A DNA stretch of 64,000 nt from an uncultured delta proteobacterium (lineage in GTDB: Bacteria > Desulfobacterota > Binatia > Binatales > Binataceae): NCBI GenBank assembly GCA_963808235.1, contig CAWEEQ010000004.1, forward strand, positions 1,952,001 to 2,016,000, in the 5' to 3' direction. The notes under the pieces are model-generated. The model did no database searches. It was not told the origin of the DNA and saw only the letters and a list, made by a program, of their open reading frames with translations. A program made the position numbers and the translations under genes. Below, one piece after another: positions 47,645 to 57,916 of this stretch (its first letter is position 1; every line of letters begins with the position of its first letter).

Positions 47645-48556
47645 TCAGGCGGGAGCAATTCGAAAGCCAATTTTCGGGAAGTGATTAACGATCTTGCCCA
47701 GTTCCGGATCTTCGCGCTCGATCGCGATCTCATGAATCGTGCTGACCACCACTCTTCCGGTCACCGGGTCGAAGCCGTAGTCGTCCGGGGTGACGGATAC
47801 CCTGGTACCCGCAGCGAGTCCGTTTGGATCGCCGCCGTCGATATTTTCAACGGTGGCGGGCGCACTGTCGCGGGCAATCTTGAGTGCTTCGTCAGGATCC
47901 ATCGTGCTCATGTCGCCGACTCCCATCGCCTCGATTCTATCGAACCATCGCATCAGGTTCGCGAATCGCTTGGCGATTCCGAACGCGCTGGGCTCGGCGC
48001 GAAGGAACCAGACCGGATGAAAGCACGCGGCATCGGCGAGGCTGAACGAATCGCCAAGCAAGAACGTGCGGCCGGCGAGCTGACGATCGAGGATATCGAG
48101 AAACGCACGCAACTGGTTGCGCGAGTCGGGCGCAGTGCGCACGATTTCGCCGAAGTTCGCGCCTTGCATCATCTTGGAGCGATCCGCGATGAACTCCGGG
48201 GGCACCACCGCGGCGAGCTTCTCGAAAATTACCGGCGTGGTTGACCAGAAGAGGCGCCGGTCCGCCCACTGGTTCATCGTGTCAGCCGCGGCGGTTAAGC
48301 CGCTCGGATAGATCGTCGGCTCGGGACGGAGCTCGTCGATCTTCCTTATGATAATTCCGGTGTCGCTCCATACGTCGGCGCCGATCTGAAGCACCGGGAT
48401 GCGCCGATACCCGCCGGTGAGCGGCACCAGCTTGGGTTTCGGCATGATCACCGGCTGCTCGACGGCGCGCCAGCTGATTTTTTTGTGCGCAAAGATCTTG
48501 CGGATTTTTTCAGAGAAAGGCGAGTTCACATATTGATGCAGAATTATCTCGGCCAC
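47645..48556 (-). CDS. glutathione S-transferase family protein
   Basis: SPFSEKIR, GGYRRIPVLQIGAD, FLLGDSFSLAD, HFPKIGF. Confidence 0.93.
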   Translation of the reverse strand: MAEIILHQYVNSPFSEKIRKIFAHKKISWRAVEQPVIMPKPKLVPLTGGYRRIPVLQIGADVWSDTGIIIRKIDELRPEPTIYPSGLTAAADTMNQWADRRLFWSTTPVIFEKLAAVVPPEFIADRSKMMQGANFGEIVRTAPDSRNQLRAFLDILDRQLAGRTFLLGDSFSLADAACFHPVWFLRAEPSAFGIAKRFANLMRWFDRIEAMGVGDMSTMDPDEALKIARDSAPATVENIDGGDPNGLAAGTRVSVTPDDYGFDPVTGRVVVSTIHEIAIEREDPELGKIVNHFPKIGFRIAPA

Positions 48557-48670
48557 GGTGTTCCTCCGGCGATGATGTACGCTGGTATCTTTTTAGCGCA
48601 TCGCAAAAGAAGTGCGTAGCGTATTTCGGCAAATTCCTTTCCGCATCTGAAAACTGATATTTTCGCAGCC

Positions 48671-49324
48671 ATGTACGGTCATCACGATTTCGATCTGTAC
48701 GAGGCGATTTACACCACGCGCTCGATGCGCCGGCTGAAGCCAGATCCGGTGCCTCCTGACTTGATTGTCAAAGTGATCGAGGCGGCGACGATGGGTCCGA
48801 GCGGACACAATCGACAGCCGTGGTTCTTCATCGTCGTCACCGACCCGGAGACCAAGAAATTCGTCGCGGAGCGCTATCGCAAAGCCTGGGAAACCGTCTT
48901 TACGCCAACAGAACGCGAAGTCGTCGCCAACGATCCGGGCAGCCCGCGCGGACGAAACCTGCGCTCGGCCAAGTATCTCGCCGAGCATATCGCCGATGTT
49001 CCCGTGATGATCTTCGCGTGCGTGAAAAAATACACCGATCGCGCGCGCGCCGGTCAGCCGATGCTGGGTGCGATCTATCCGGCCGTCCAGAATTTGTGCC
49101 TGGCCGCGCGCGGCTACGGACTCGGCACTTCGATCACCGGTATGCATACGATGTTTGGCAGAGAAATCGACGCGATGCTCGGTGTTCCGCCCGAATACTC
49201 CAACGTCATTCTGATTCCGATTGGATATCCGAAGGGACGATGGGCCCGGCCCGATCGCAAACCCGCGCTTGCGGTTACGTTCTGGGAAAAATGGGGCATC
49301 CGGCGCGAGAATGTCGCCGGCTGA
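48671..49324 (+). CDS. nitroreductase family protein
   Basis: TRSMRRLKPDPV, PSGHNRQPW, IYPAVQNL, PIGYP; paralog of 4470-5150. Confidence 0.92.
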   Translation: MYGHHDFDLYEAIYTTRSMRRLKPDPVPPDLIVKVIEAATMGPSGHNRQPWFFIVVTDPETKKFVAERYRKAWETVFTPTEREVVANDPGSPRGRNLRSAKYLAEHIADVPVMIFACVKKYTDRARAGQPMLGAIYPAVQNLCLAARGYGLGTSITGMHTMFGREIDAMLGVPPEYSNVILIPIGYPKGRWARPDRKPALAVTFWEKWGIRRENVAG

Positions 49325-49327
49325 ACC

Positions 49328-49540
49328 CTACGCCTCGATCACGGCGAGAACGAAATTGCGCTGAATCTGATCGCCCGGCTTGACCCGGAATTCCTTCATC
49401 CGGCCCGCCGCCGGCGACTTGATCGGTATCTCGACCTTCATCGATTCGACCACCATCACTTCGTCGCCGCGCGCAACTTGCGCTCCCACCTCGACTGAGA
49501 GTCGAAGCACTTTGCCCACCGCCGGGCTCCTTATATCCAT
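49328..49540 (-). CDS. stand-alone biotin carboxyl carrier protein
   Basis: 70 aa, IRSPAVGKV...VVESMKVEIPIKSPAAG biotinylation motif. Confidence 0.9.
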   Translation of the reverse strand: MDIRSPAVGKVLRLSVEVGAQVARGDEVMVVESMKVEIPIKSPAAGRMKEFRVKPGDQIQRNFVLAVIEA

Positions 49541-49694
49541 TTCATCGCAATCCTTTTACTCGGCGTATCGGCTCCCGGCGTCTTAGCAGGCTTTGCCGCG
49601 CTCGCACCAGCACTCGAAAAGAATGGGTTGTGTTTTCGACGCCCTTGGTTGTAGAGAAATTAAGACAACGCGCGTTCACGCACAGGGAGACGGC

Positions 49695-51038
49695 ATGAAT
49701 AATTTTGTCGCGACTCGAACGCTCAGTGAATATCCGCGCGGCAGCCATCGATGGTCGCTGCTGATGCTGACGGTGCTCGCGTCGATTCTCGGCGCGTACG
49801 ACTTCCAGCTCGCGCCGCTGCTGCCGATACTGCTTCCCTACCTGCACATGAGCCACGTCGCGTACGGAGCGTTCGTCACTTTCGCGGTACTGATTTCCGG
49901 AATCTCCGCGTTCTTCGGCGGTCCGCTGGCGGATCGCTACGGCCGGGTCCTCATCACCGACGTATGTCTCGGCCTCGTTACCGTCCTTCTGTTCCTGAAC
50001 GTGTTCATCACCAACATCGTCTCCTTCGTAATTCTGCGCACCTTGATGGGTGTCGTCGCAGGGCTCACGGCGGGGGCACTGGCGGCGCTGATTCGTGACA
50101 TGTCGCCGCGGCTCAGCCGTGCGCTGGCATTCGGACTGCTGACGATCGGTCCGGTCGGGGCGAACTTCCTTTCCAACTTCGTCGCCGGCAAGACGCTGCC
50201 GATTTATCACACCTGGCAATCGCAGATCTGGATCATGGGATTCTTCGCCGTCGCAATGTACATCCCGATCGTAATATGGCTGTGCGATCTCAGCCCCGAG
50301 CTGCGCATGCAGATCATGAAGACCGAAATCCAGGCGCTCGCCGCCGAAGGCCGCCTGCCCGCCGCCTCGGAACTTCCGTCCAGCACCGGCGACGCCTTCC
50401 GCCGCCTGCTCAGCCACATGGAAGTCTGGCTGCTGGTCATCGGGATCACCGCGAACCTGACGCTGTACTTCGCAATCCAGGGGTTCGGCCCGTTGATGTT
50501 TACCGAGGCGTTTCACTACTCGCCAGCCGAAGCGGCGAAGATGAACGAATACTTCTGGCTCGCGAACCTCGGCGCGCTGGTCCTGACCGGACTCGTCTCC
50601 GATCGCCTGCAGACTCGCAAACCGATCGCAATCTTCGGCGGCGCGCTGGCCTGCATCCTGATGGCCTGGTGGATTCCAACCTTTGGCCGCGAGTTGCCGC
50701 GCGCCACGATGACGATGGTCGCGTCGCTGATGGGATGCTTCCTCGCAATCGCCTACGTCCCGTGGGCAGCGCAATTCTCCGAAACCCTCGAGGACGTCTC
50801 GCCCGCTCTGCAAGCCACCGGATGGGCTTTCTTCGGGCTGGTCGCGCGCGGATGGGTCGCGATTTCGGCGCCGCTGTCGCTCTACGTCGCGGTCCACTAC
50901 GGATGGGGCGAGTGGGTCAAAGTCGCGCTCGGCGGAATGGTAATCTACGTCGTGGCGATGGCGTTCTCGCGCGGCCACGCCGCAGTCGAGGAACACGCCG
51001 CGCGGCCCGCGACGATCGGCAAGGCCACCGCGAGCTGA
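49695..51038 (+). CDS. MFS transporter
   Basis: GPLADRYGR motif A, 12 TMs, GLVSDRLQTRK; GGGAGA RBS before ATG 49695. Confidence 0.93.
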   Translation: MNNFVATRTLSEYPRGSHRWSLLMLTVLASILGAYDFQLAPLLPILLPYLHMSHVAYGAFVTFAVLISGISAFFGGPLADRYGRVLITDVCLGLVTVLLFLNVFITNIVSFVILRTLMGVVAGLTAGALAALIRDMSPRLSRALAFGLLTIGPVGANFLSNFVAGKTLPIYHTWQSQIWIMGFFAVAMYIPIVIWLCDLSPELRMQIMKTEIQALAAEGRLPAASELPSSTGDAFRRLLSHMEVWLLVIGITANLTLYFAIQGFGPLMFTEAFHYSPAEAAKMNEYFWLANLGALVLTGLVSDRLQTRKPIAIFGGALACILMAWWIPTFGRELPRATMTMVASLMGCFLAIAYVPWAAQFSETLEDVSPALQATGWAFFGLVARGWVAISAPLSLYVAVHYGWGEWVKVALGGMVIYVVAMAFSRGHAAVEEHAARPATIGKATAS

Positions 51039-51043
51039 TCCTC

Positions 51044-52601
51044 TTACGGGCGCATCGTGCGCGTGCGAATCCCGAGTTGCGTCGGGACAATCTCGTACGC
51101 CTGATGCACCCAATCGACGAGGATCGGTCGCGTGTCGCGCGGATCGATTATCTCCTCGATTCCGAATGCCTCCGCGGTGCGCAGCGGGGAGCGCACTGCG
51201 TTGAACTTTTCCTCGAGCTCACGGCGCAACTTTTCCGGATCGCTCGACGCCGCCAGATCGCGCTTGTACGCCGCCTCGATTCCGCCTTCGATCGGCAACG
51301 ATCCCCAATCCGCCGACGGCCACGCGTAGCGCAGATTGAGTCCGCTGGTGACTCCATGCCCCGCGCCCGCGACGCCAAATGCCTTCCGCACCATGATCGC
51401 GACCCACGGCGTCGTCGTCTGGAACACCGCATACAGCGCGCGCACGCCGCGGCGGATCGTTCCCGCGATCTCGGCTTCGCGCCCGATCAGGAATCCCGGC
51501 TGATCGACAAAGTTGACCACCGGCAGATGAAACGTGTCGCAGAGATCGACGAACTTCACCATCTTGTCCGAGGCCGGCCCGTCGAGCGATCCGCCGATCG
51601 AAAACGGATCGTTGGCCATCACGCCGACCGGGAAACCGTCGAGCCGCGCGAATCCGGTGACCAGCGACGGCCCGAAAAACGGCGTCATCTCGAACCACGA
51701 ATCGCGATCCATCACCAGTTCCACGATTCGCCGCGCGTCGTAACCATGACGCCGGTTGCGCGGCACGATGCTGATCAACTCCTCTTCGCGCCGGGCCGGA
51801 TCGTCGTCGGGCGTTGACTCGCGGCGGCGTCTGCCACACGCTTTGCGGCAGATATGAAAGGAAGCGCCGAATCTGCGCGAACGCATCGTCTTCGCTCTCG
51901 GCTTCATTGTCGATCGCGCCGCTCATATGCGCGTGAATATCCGCGCCGCCGAGTTCCTCCTTGTTGAGATCCTCGCCGACGCCCCATTTGACCACCGGCG
52001 GTCCCGCGACAAACATCTGGCTCGTCCCGCGGATCATCACCGAGAAATGCGACGCCGCCACTCGCGCCGCGCCGATACCCGCCACCGAGCCCATGCATCC
52101 CGCGACCACTGGCACTTCACCCATCAGCTTCACCAGCACGTCGAACGCGGGATTCGCCGGCACGTAAGTTCGATTCGTCGTTTCGAACGTCTTCACGCTG
52201 CCCCCGCCGCCGGTCCCGTCGACTAGCCTGATGATCGGCAGATGCAGCTCATGCGCGATCAGCTCGGCGTAGCCGCGCTTGTTGCCGATCGACGCGTCCG
52301 CCGCGCCGCCGCGCACCGTAAAGTCGTCGCCGCCGACCACTACGCGCCGCCCGTTGATTCGCCCCATCCCGCCGACGAAGTTCGCCGGCATCAACGAAAC
52401 CAGCGTCTGGCCCTCGTATTTCGGTGCACCGGCGAGCGTGCCGTACTCATGAAACGATCCCGGGTCGAGCAGTTTCTCGATCCGTTCGCGCACCGTGAGC
52501 TTGCCGCCGTCATGCTGGCGCTTGATATTGTCCGCGCCGCCCATCCCTTTCGCGATCTCGATCCGGCGGCGAATTTCTTCGACTTCTTTCTCCCACGACA
52601 T
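51044..52601 (-). CDS. acyl-CoA carboxylase carboxyltransferase (beta) subunit, +1 frameshift near 51814
   Basis: GKLTVRERI..LLDPGSF, DDFTVRGG, FVAGPPVV, LGG; then GFARLDG.PVG, VDQPGF, RKAFG, IIDPRDTR in the next frame. Confidence 0.92.
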
Positions 52602-52805
52602 ACGATTCTCCTCACAGACGCGATTTCTGATCCTATAAACCACGCCGATGCTTTCCACAAAAGCGAATTCACTTAATTGAAATGTGAAACCCGCGATGGG
52701 TTTCACGCTTCCTTCGGCAGGGGTGACCCCTGCACCCAATGTTCAGAGAAGATGCGGGACTTCGTCCCTGTTAGAACTGGTTGTGGAGGAGGTTGAGGGT
52801 CCGGC

Positions 52806-52899
52806 TCTCTACCTCGCCCGTTACTTTACGGGAGAGGCGGCCGGCCGCATCGCGGCCGGTAGGTGAGGGTTCTGCGATCCCATCACAACTCACTTGCTA
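52806..52899. repeat. intergenic palindromic repeat, copy 1 (GGGAGAG...GGTGAGGG type)
   Basis: Shares an identical 18-mer GGTAGGTGAGGGTTCTGC plus CATCACAA and CACTTGCTA with 53153-53259. Confidence 0.7.
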
Positions 52900-52923
52900 A
52901 CTTTTTGTGTCGCTCTCTTCTTG

Positions 52924-52957
52924 TGTCATTCTAGAGCGAAGCGAAGAATCCCGGATC
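52924..52957. repeat. GTCATTC..GAGCGAAGCGAAGAATC-type short interspersed repeat
   Basis: TGTCATTCTAGAGCGAAGCGAAGAATCCCGGATC resembles a widespread MITE/REP-like intergenic element. Confidence 0.5.
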
Positions 52958-53036
52958 TTCGAATTTGCGCAATTGACGTCAAATTCTGAAGACGCGATCA
53001 GAAATGGCGCTGCCTTGCTGAGTTATTTCGCAAATA

Positions 53037-53052
53037 TGTTTCACGTGAAACA
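53037..53052. other. parS: parS centromere-like site (ParB binding)
   Basis: Perfect palindrome TGTTTCACGTGAAACA, extendable to 18 bp as ATGTTTCACGTGAAACAT; intergenic. Confidence 0.9.
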
Positions 53053-53152
53053 TTGCTCAAATCGGTCAGTCCCTCCGGGAGAACGAAACACGAATGCCAA
53101 GTTAGTTCAGGAGAACGAATCACGAATAGTGGCTTGATGAGAGTAAGCCAAC

Positions 53153-53259
53153 CTCTTTGCGTGAGCGGGAGAGAAAGGTGGCTGGTAGGTGAGGGTTCTG
53201 CACGGCATCACAAAAGCACGACGGAGATGCTGGCTCGGGCCACTAATGCCCACTTGCTA
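53153..53259. repeat. intergenic repeat, copy 2 (degenerate)
   Basis: 18-mer at 53184-53201 identical to 52858-52875. Confidence 0.65.
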
Positions 53260-55411
53260 CGTCGGACATGCTCCGAAGCTTTGCAGGATTGCCGTCAAAT
53301 CGGCCTGGTTGGTCAGGCCGTCCAGGTTAACGTCGGCCCAGCTGGAAAGCCCGAGCGAGAGGTCCGCGAACATCGTCCATTGCCCGATATCCGCCAGGTT
53401 CACGACCCCATCGAGGTTGATGTCGGCGGGGCACGCAGGCTGCGACGCGAGGAGTGTCTTGAGCTGCACCGTTAACGCGTCGTAGTTCTTCTGCTGCTTC
53501 GAGTTGAGCTTTGCTCCGTTTGCCAGCAGGTCGGAATTTGCGATGTCGAGCTTCGGTACCGGAACATTTTCGTTGATCCTGTAAAACTCCGTGGAGGTCG
53601 TAGCCAGGCACGCGTCGGAGGTTGCGTCATAGGCTTGGTACTTATTGACCACCAGCTTGTATTGATCGTTGCGGATACCGTACGCCTGCAGCGGGTAGAT
53701 GTCGGTTACAATTGGCTGCGAGTGGTTGGCCTGCCAGACCGCCACGTCACAGCACATCGTTAATCCATCGGACGGAATCCCCGCGGTGCTGGGGTCTGTG
53801 GCGCCGGCGCCCCACCATATTCCGTTGTTGTCCTCGCACACGCCTTTGGTGGGAGCGATCTGTGTGCAGGTGGTCGTATTGTATTGGCAGGGACCGTTGA
53901 TTGAGCCACCGGCGTGCAGGTTAGTGCCGATCTCCGTGTAGTTCGTTTTGCGGATGCTCGCCTGTGCCGGGTTGAGAAGATACGGAAGCATCGACTGCGC
54001 GTCGACGGTCCGTGAAACGCTCGCGTGCACGTCGATGCCGGCCAGCTCGCCGAACAGTTGATAGAGGTCCACGATGTTGACCATCGCGTTCACCTTGCGG
54101 CCGGGCGCCTTGACTGCCGGACCCGCGACGATCCCCGGACACCATACGCCGGTCTGATAGACCGTAGATTTCGCGCGGAAGGGATCGAACGGCGGCTTCA
54201 CTGCGGCCGGCGTACTTCCGTTGTCGGTAACAAAGATGACGTAAGTGCCGGTTTCTTTCGGGTGATAGATTAGATGGCCATTCGGGCCGAGGCTGGCTAG
54301 TCCGGTCGATACCAGAAGATGCTCGACGTTCATATCGAGCGCTTCTTCCATCTGGTTGGTCAGGACTCTTTGTTGAATCGAGTTGGTGCAGTCGAGATTG
54401 CTGGTGTCCGCTTCTGTTGAAGGCAGCAATTGACTCGGCGGTTGCATCACCGGGGTGTGTGCTGTCGCGAACGCAACGCTCGCCATCCACGGCTGGCCCT
54501 GCCGGCTGTCCGTTGATCCACGCGATCGCGGCGTCAACCGCTTCGGTACCTCGATAGGTCCGCGCTCGAATGTCAGTCGATGGCACCTGCTCGACCGATC
54601 CATCCTCGTTGTTGATCACCAGCGGCGAAACGTAATGCCCACTTAGCGTGGCAAAATTGATGTAGCCGGGGACCGGATTACTGCACGGCTGATTTGGATC
54701 GAAGATGCCACCACTGTCTCGACAGACGCGGCCGGGCGCCTCCGTCCCGGATTTAGTCATCACCTCGCAAGCGTTATCGGCAGCGTAGCAGGCGCCCGTA
54801 TCCGCGCCGCCACCGGCGGCGTCCCGAACGAAGCCGCAAGACCAGGTGCCAGCCGGAGACACGCCGCCGGCAGTTTCATCGATCGACGAGGGATCGCCGG
54901 TGTCGTCCAGCCAGCCATCGTAGTGATCCCATCCTTGCGCCCGTACCATGCCGTAGCCGTAAGGGTTGTTGTTCTGGATCCCCATATGGAATTTGCCGAA
55001 TAGCGCGCTCTTGTAACCGCGCTGCTTGAGCAGTTGGGGCACGGTTACTTCGTTCGGGTTGACCTGGAAGTTCGCGAGATCGTTGGTACCGATCGCGGTA
55101 AAGACGTGAGTGCGGAATGGGTAACGGCCGGTGAAAAGCGCGGCGCGCCCGTTCGAGCACGCCGGCATCGCCCAGAGATTGTTAAATGTGATCCCGGCCT
55201 GCGCGATGGTGGCGATATTCGGCATCGCCGCCGCGGTAGGGCCGCCGTACCCGAACAGTTGCCATTGGTCGATGCCGATATCGTCCATGACGATAAGCAG
55301 GATATTGGGCGGTTGTTTGCTGGCGGCGTGAGCTGGCTTGGTACCGATCCCAACCGCGACCATCGCAAGCATCGAAGCAAGCGCGAGCAGACCAGTCCGT
55401 TTTAGCGGCAT
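53257..55411 (-). CDS. secreted Cys-rich sulfatase-like hydrolase with C-terminal dockerin-like repeats, +1 frameshift near 54498
   Basis: Signal peptide, PNILLIVMDDIG, CSNGRAALFTGR, GKFH; after the shift AHTP, FVTDNG, KSTVYQTG, DLY, and the tail DINLDG...DVNLDG. Confidence 0.87.
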
Positions 55412-55678
55412 TACCTAACCTCATCGGAATCGGACTCCGCACAATTGGCGGATCGATCTCGAAGCCGATCATTCCCACTGCGCAGCAGCCCTATCTAGAG
55501 AACAATTCGCCAGTGACTATTAGAGGCAACCGTAGACCGACCGATGCGACCTGTTCAGTCTCGCGAAGAACCGCGAGGAAGTGCGTCTCAGATGGGACTG
55601 TCGGACTTAAGAGCCTGTTCCGCGACTTGATCGACCTTCCGTTCTTTACCTGTTACGTTCAATAATTATCGCTCCCAT

Positions 55679-57100
55679 ATGACTGCTGCGCTCACAAACT
55701 CGAACACGAACACCGGTTCATCCAATCGACGCGCCGAGACGCCGAATCCGCGGCATGCGACGCTCTCCGGATGGGGCCGCTACCCACTTTCTGAAAGCGA
55801 CATCTATCGGCCCGAGAAAATCGCCGAGCTCCAGGCGATCGTCGCCGCCGACACGACCTCGCTGATTGCGCGCGGCGCGGGCCGCGCATACGGCGACGCG
55901 GCCCTTAACGATCAGAATCGGGTCATCGATTTGACCCGGCTTAACCGGATGCTCTCCTTCGACCCGGAGTCATGCCTGCTCCGATGCGAGGCCGGCGTCA
56001 CGATCGCCGAGATAATCGACGTGTTCATCCCGCGTGGCTATTTTCCGCCGGTCACACCGGGCACGCGCTTCGTCACGATGGGCGGATCGATCGCCGCCGA
56101 CGTTCACGGCAAGAATCATCACCGCGACTCCTCGCTCGCAGCTCACGTGATCAGTTTCGACCTGATGCTCGCGTCGGGCGAAGTCCAGCGATGCTCTCGC
56201 GAGGAAAACTCGGCGCTGTTCTGGGCCACGGTCGGCGGGATGGGTTTAACTGGCGTCATCCTGGAACTTGAAGTGAGGCTGCGGCGCGTCGAAAGCGCAT
56301 ATCTCGATGGAGAATTGATTCGAGCGCACAATATCGACGCGGCGATCGAAGCCTTCGAGCGGATCGACTCGCAATATGGCTACTCGGTCGCATGGATCGA
56401 TTGCGCGATCGGCAAGAGCGCGCTCGGCCGCTCGATTCTGAACGTCGGCAATTTCGCGACGCTCGACCAGCTTCCCAAAAAACTTGCCCAGGACCCGCTC
56501 AATACGGCGCCGCGGCCGAGCCCAATCCTGCCATTCGATCTTCCCGGATTCGTGCTGAATCCGCTCACCGTCAAGGCGTTCAACGCGGCCGTTTGGATGT
56601 TTCATCGCAATCGCGCGGCGCACGCGACTTTCGACTGGGACAGTTTCTTCTATCCGCTGGATTCGATTCGCAACTGGAATGGGATGTACGGCAAGCGCGG
56701 CTTCGTGCAGTACCAATGCGTGTGGCCGCCGGACGAGAGCCGCGCCGGGCTTATCGAAACGCTCGAAGCGATAAGCCGGAGCCGGCGCTCGTCGCTTATC
56801 GCGGTGCTGAAGAAATTCGGCGAGCAGGACGGCCTGCTCTCCTTCCCGATGCCCGGCTACACGCTCGCCCTCGACTTCCCGGTCACCGACGGATTGCTCG
56901 AGTTTCTCGATTCTCTCGATGCGATGGTTCTCAAGCGCGGCGGCCGGGTCTACCTCGCGAAGGACGCGCGCATGCGGCCCGAGACGTTCCGCGCGATGTA
57001 TCCGAATCTCGGGATATGGCAGGCGGCGAAAACCATCGCCGACCGCAACGATCGATTCTCGTCGAGCCTCTCGCGCCGGCTCGGCATGTATCCAGCTTAG
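55679..57100 (+). CDS. FAD-binding oxidoreductase, DprE1-like (decaprenylphosphoryl-ribose oxidase family)
   Basis: LSGWGR, ARGAGRAYGD, VTPGTRFVTMGG, DVHGKNHH, YSVAWID, FFYPLD, YGKRGFVQYQ, YLAKD. Confidence 0.93.
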   Translation: MTAALTNSNTNTGSSNRRAETPNPRHATLSGWGRYPLSESDIYRPEKIAELQAIVAADTTSLIARGAGRAYGDAALNDQNRVIDLTRLNRMLSFDPESCLLRCEAGVTIAEIIDVFIPRGYFPPVTPGTRFVTMGGSIAADVHGKNHHRDSSLAAHVISFDLMLASGEVQRCSREENSALFWATVGGMGLTGVILELEVRLRRVESAYLDGELIRAHNIDAAIEAFERIDSQYGYSVAWIDCAIGKSALGRSILNVGNFATLDQLPKKLAQDPLNTAPRPSPILPFDLPGFVLNPLTVKAFNAAVWMFHRNRAAHATFDWDSFFYPLDSIRNWNGMYGKRGFVQYQCVWPPDESRAGLIETLEAISRSRRSSLIAVLKKFGEQDGLLSFPMPGYTLALDFPVTDGLLEFLDSLDAMVLKRGGRVYLAKDARMRPETFRAMYPNLGIWQAAKTIADRNDRFSSSLSRRLGMYPA

Positions 57101-57125
57101 TCGAAAGGCTTCACACCGTACTGCG

Positions 57126-57864
57126 ATGCAAAAAATCCTGATTCTCGGCGCCACCAGTCCTATCGCGCGAGGACTCGCGCTTAAATTTGCTTGCGACGGA
57201 GCCCGGCTGTACCTCGCGGCGCGCGACACGAATGAAGCCCGACGAGTTGCCGAAGACGTCGGCGTTCGCGGCGGTATCCCTGCACTGTCCGGGAACCTTC
57301 GATGCGTCGGGCTTCGCCTCGCACGACGAGTTTATCCGTCACGCCGCGACCGACCTCGGCGGACTCGACGGTGTCGTCGTTTGCTTCGGCACTCTCGGCG
57401 ACGAGGATGCGGCCCAAGCCGATCCCGACGCAGCGCTCGCGACGTTGCATCAGAATTTCACCGGCGCGGTGTCGCTGATCACGCTCGCCGCCCGCCATCT
57501 CGAGCAACAACGTTCCGGGTTCATCATCGTGATCGGATCGGTCGCGGGCGAACGTGGCCGCGCGAAGAATTATGTGTACGGCTCTGCCAAAGGCGCGCTC
57601 GCGATCTTCGCGCAGGGACTCCGCGGACGCCTCGCCAAGAGCAACGTGCACGTGATGACCGTGAAGCTCGGCACCGTCGACACTCGCATGACCTGGGGAC
57701 GCGACGGCGCGATGCTCACTATTCCGCCCGCCAGGGCCGCCGACCTAATCTATGCGGCGTATCGCAAGCGCGCCGAAGTCGTATATGTGCCGTGGTTCTG
57801 GCGCTACATCATGGGCGCGATTCGGCTGATCCCCGAGAGCCGCTTCAAGCGCGTCGGCTTCTGA
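57126..57864 (+). CDS. short-chain dehydrogenase, DprE2-like, +1 frameshift near 57292
   Basis: ILILGATSPIA, then SVAGERGR, YVYGSAK, VDTRMT, YVPWFW, IPE..FKR. Confidence 0.9.
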
Positions 57865-57916
57865 ACATTGCAATCTGGGGCGCGAGGCTGGAAAGATTCC
57901 CCCTGCGAGGTTGAAG

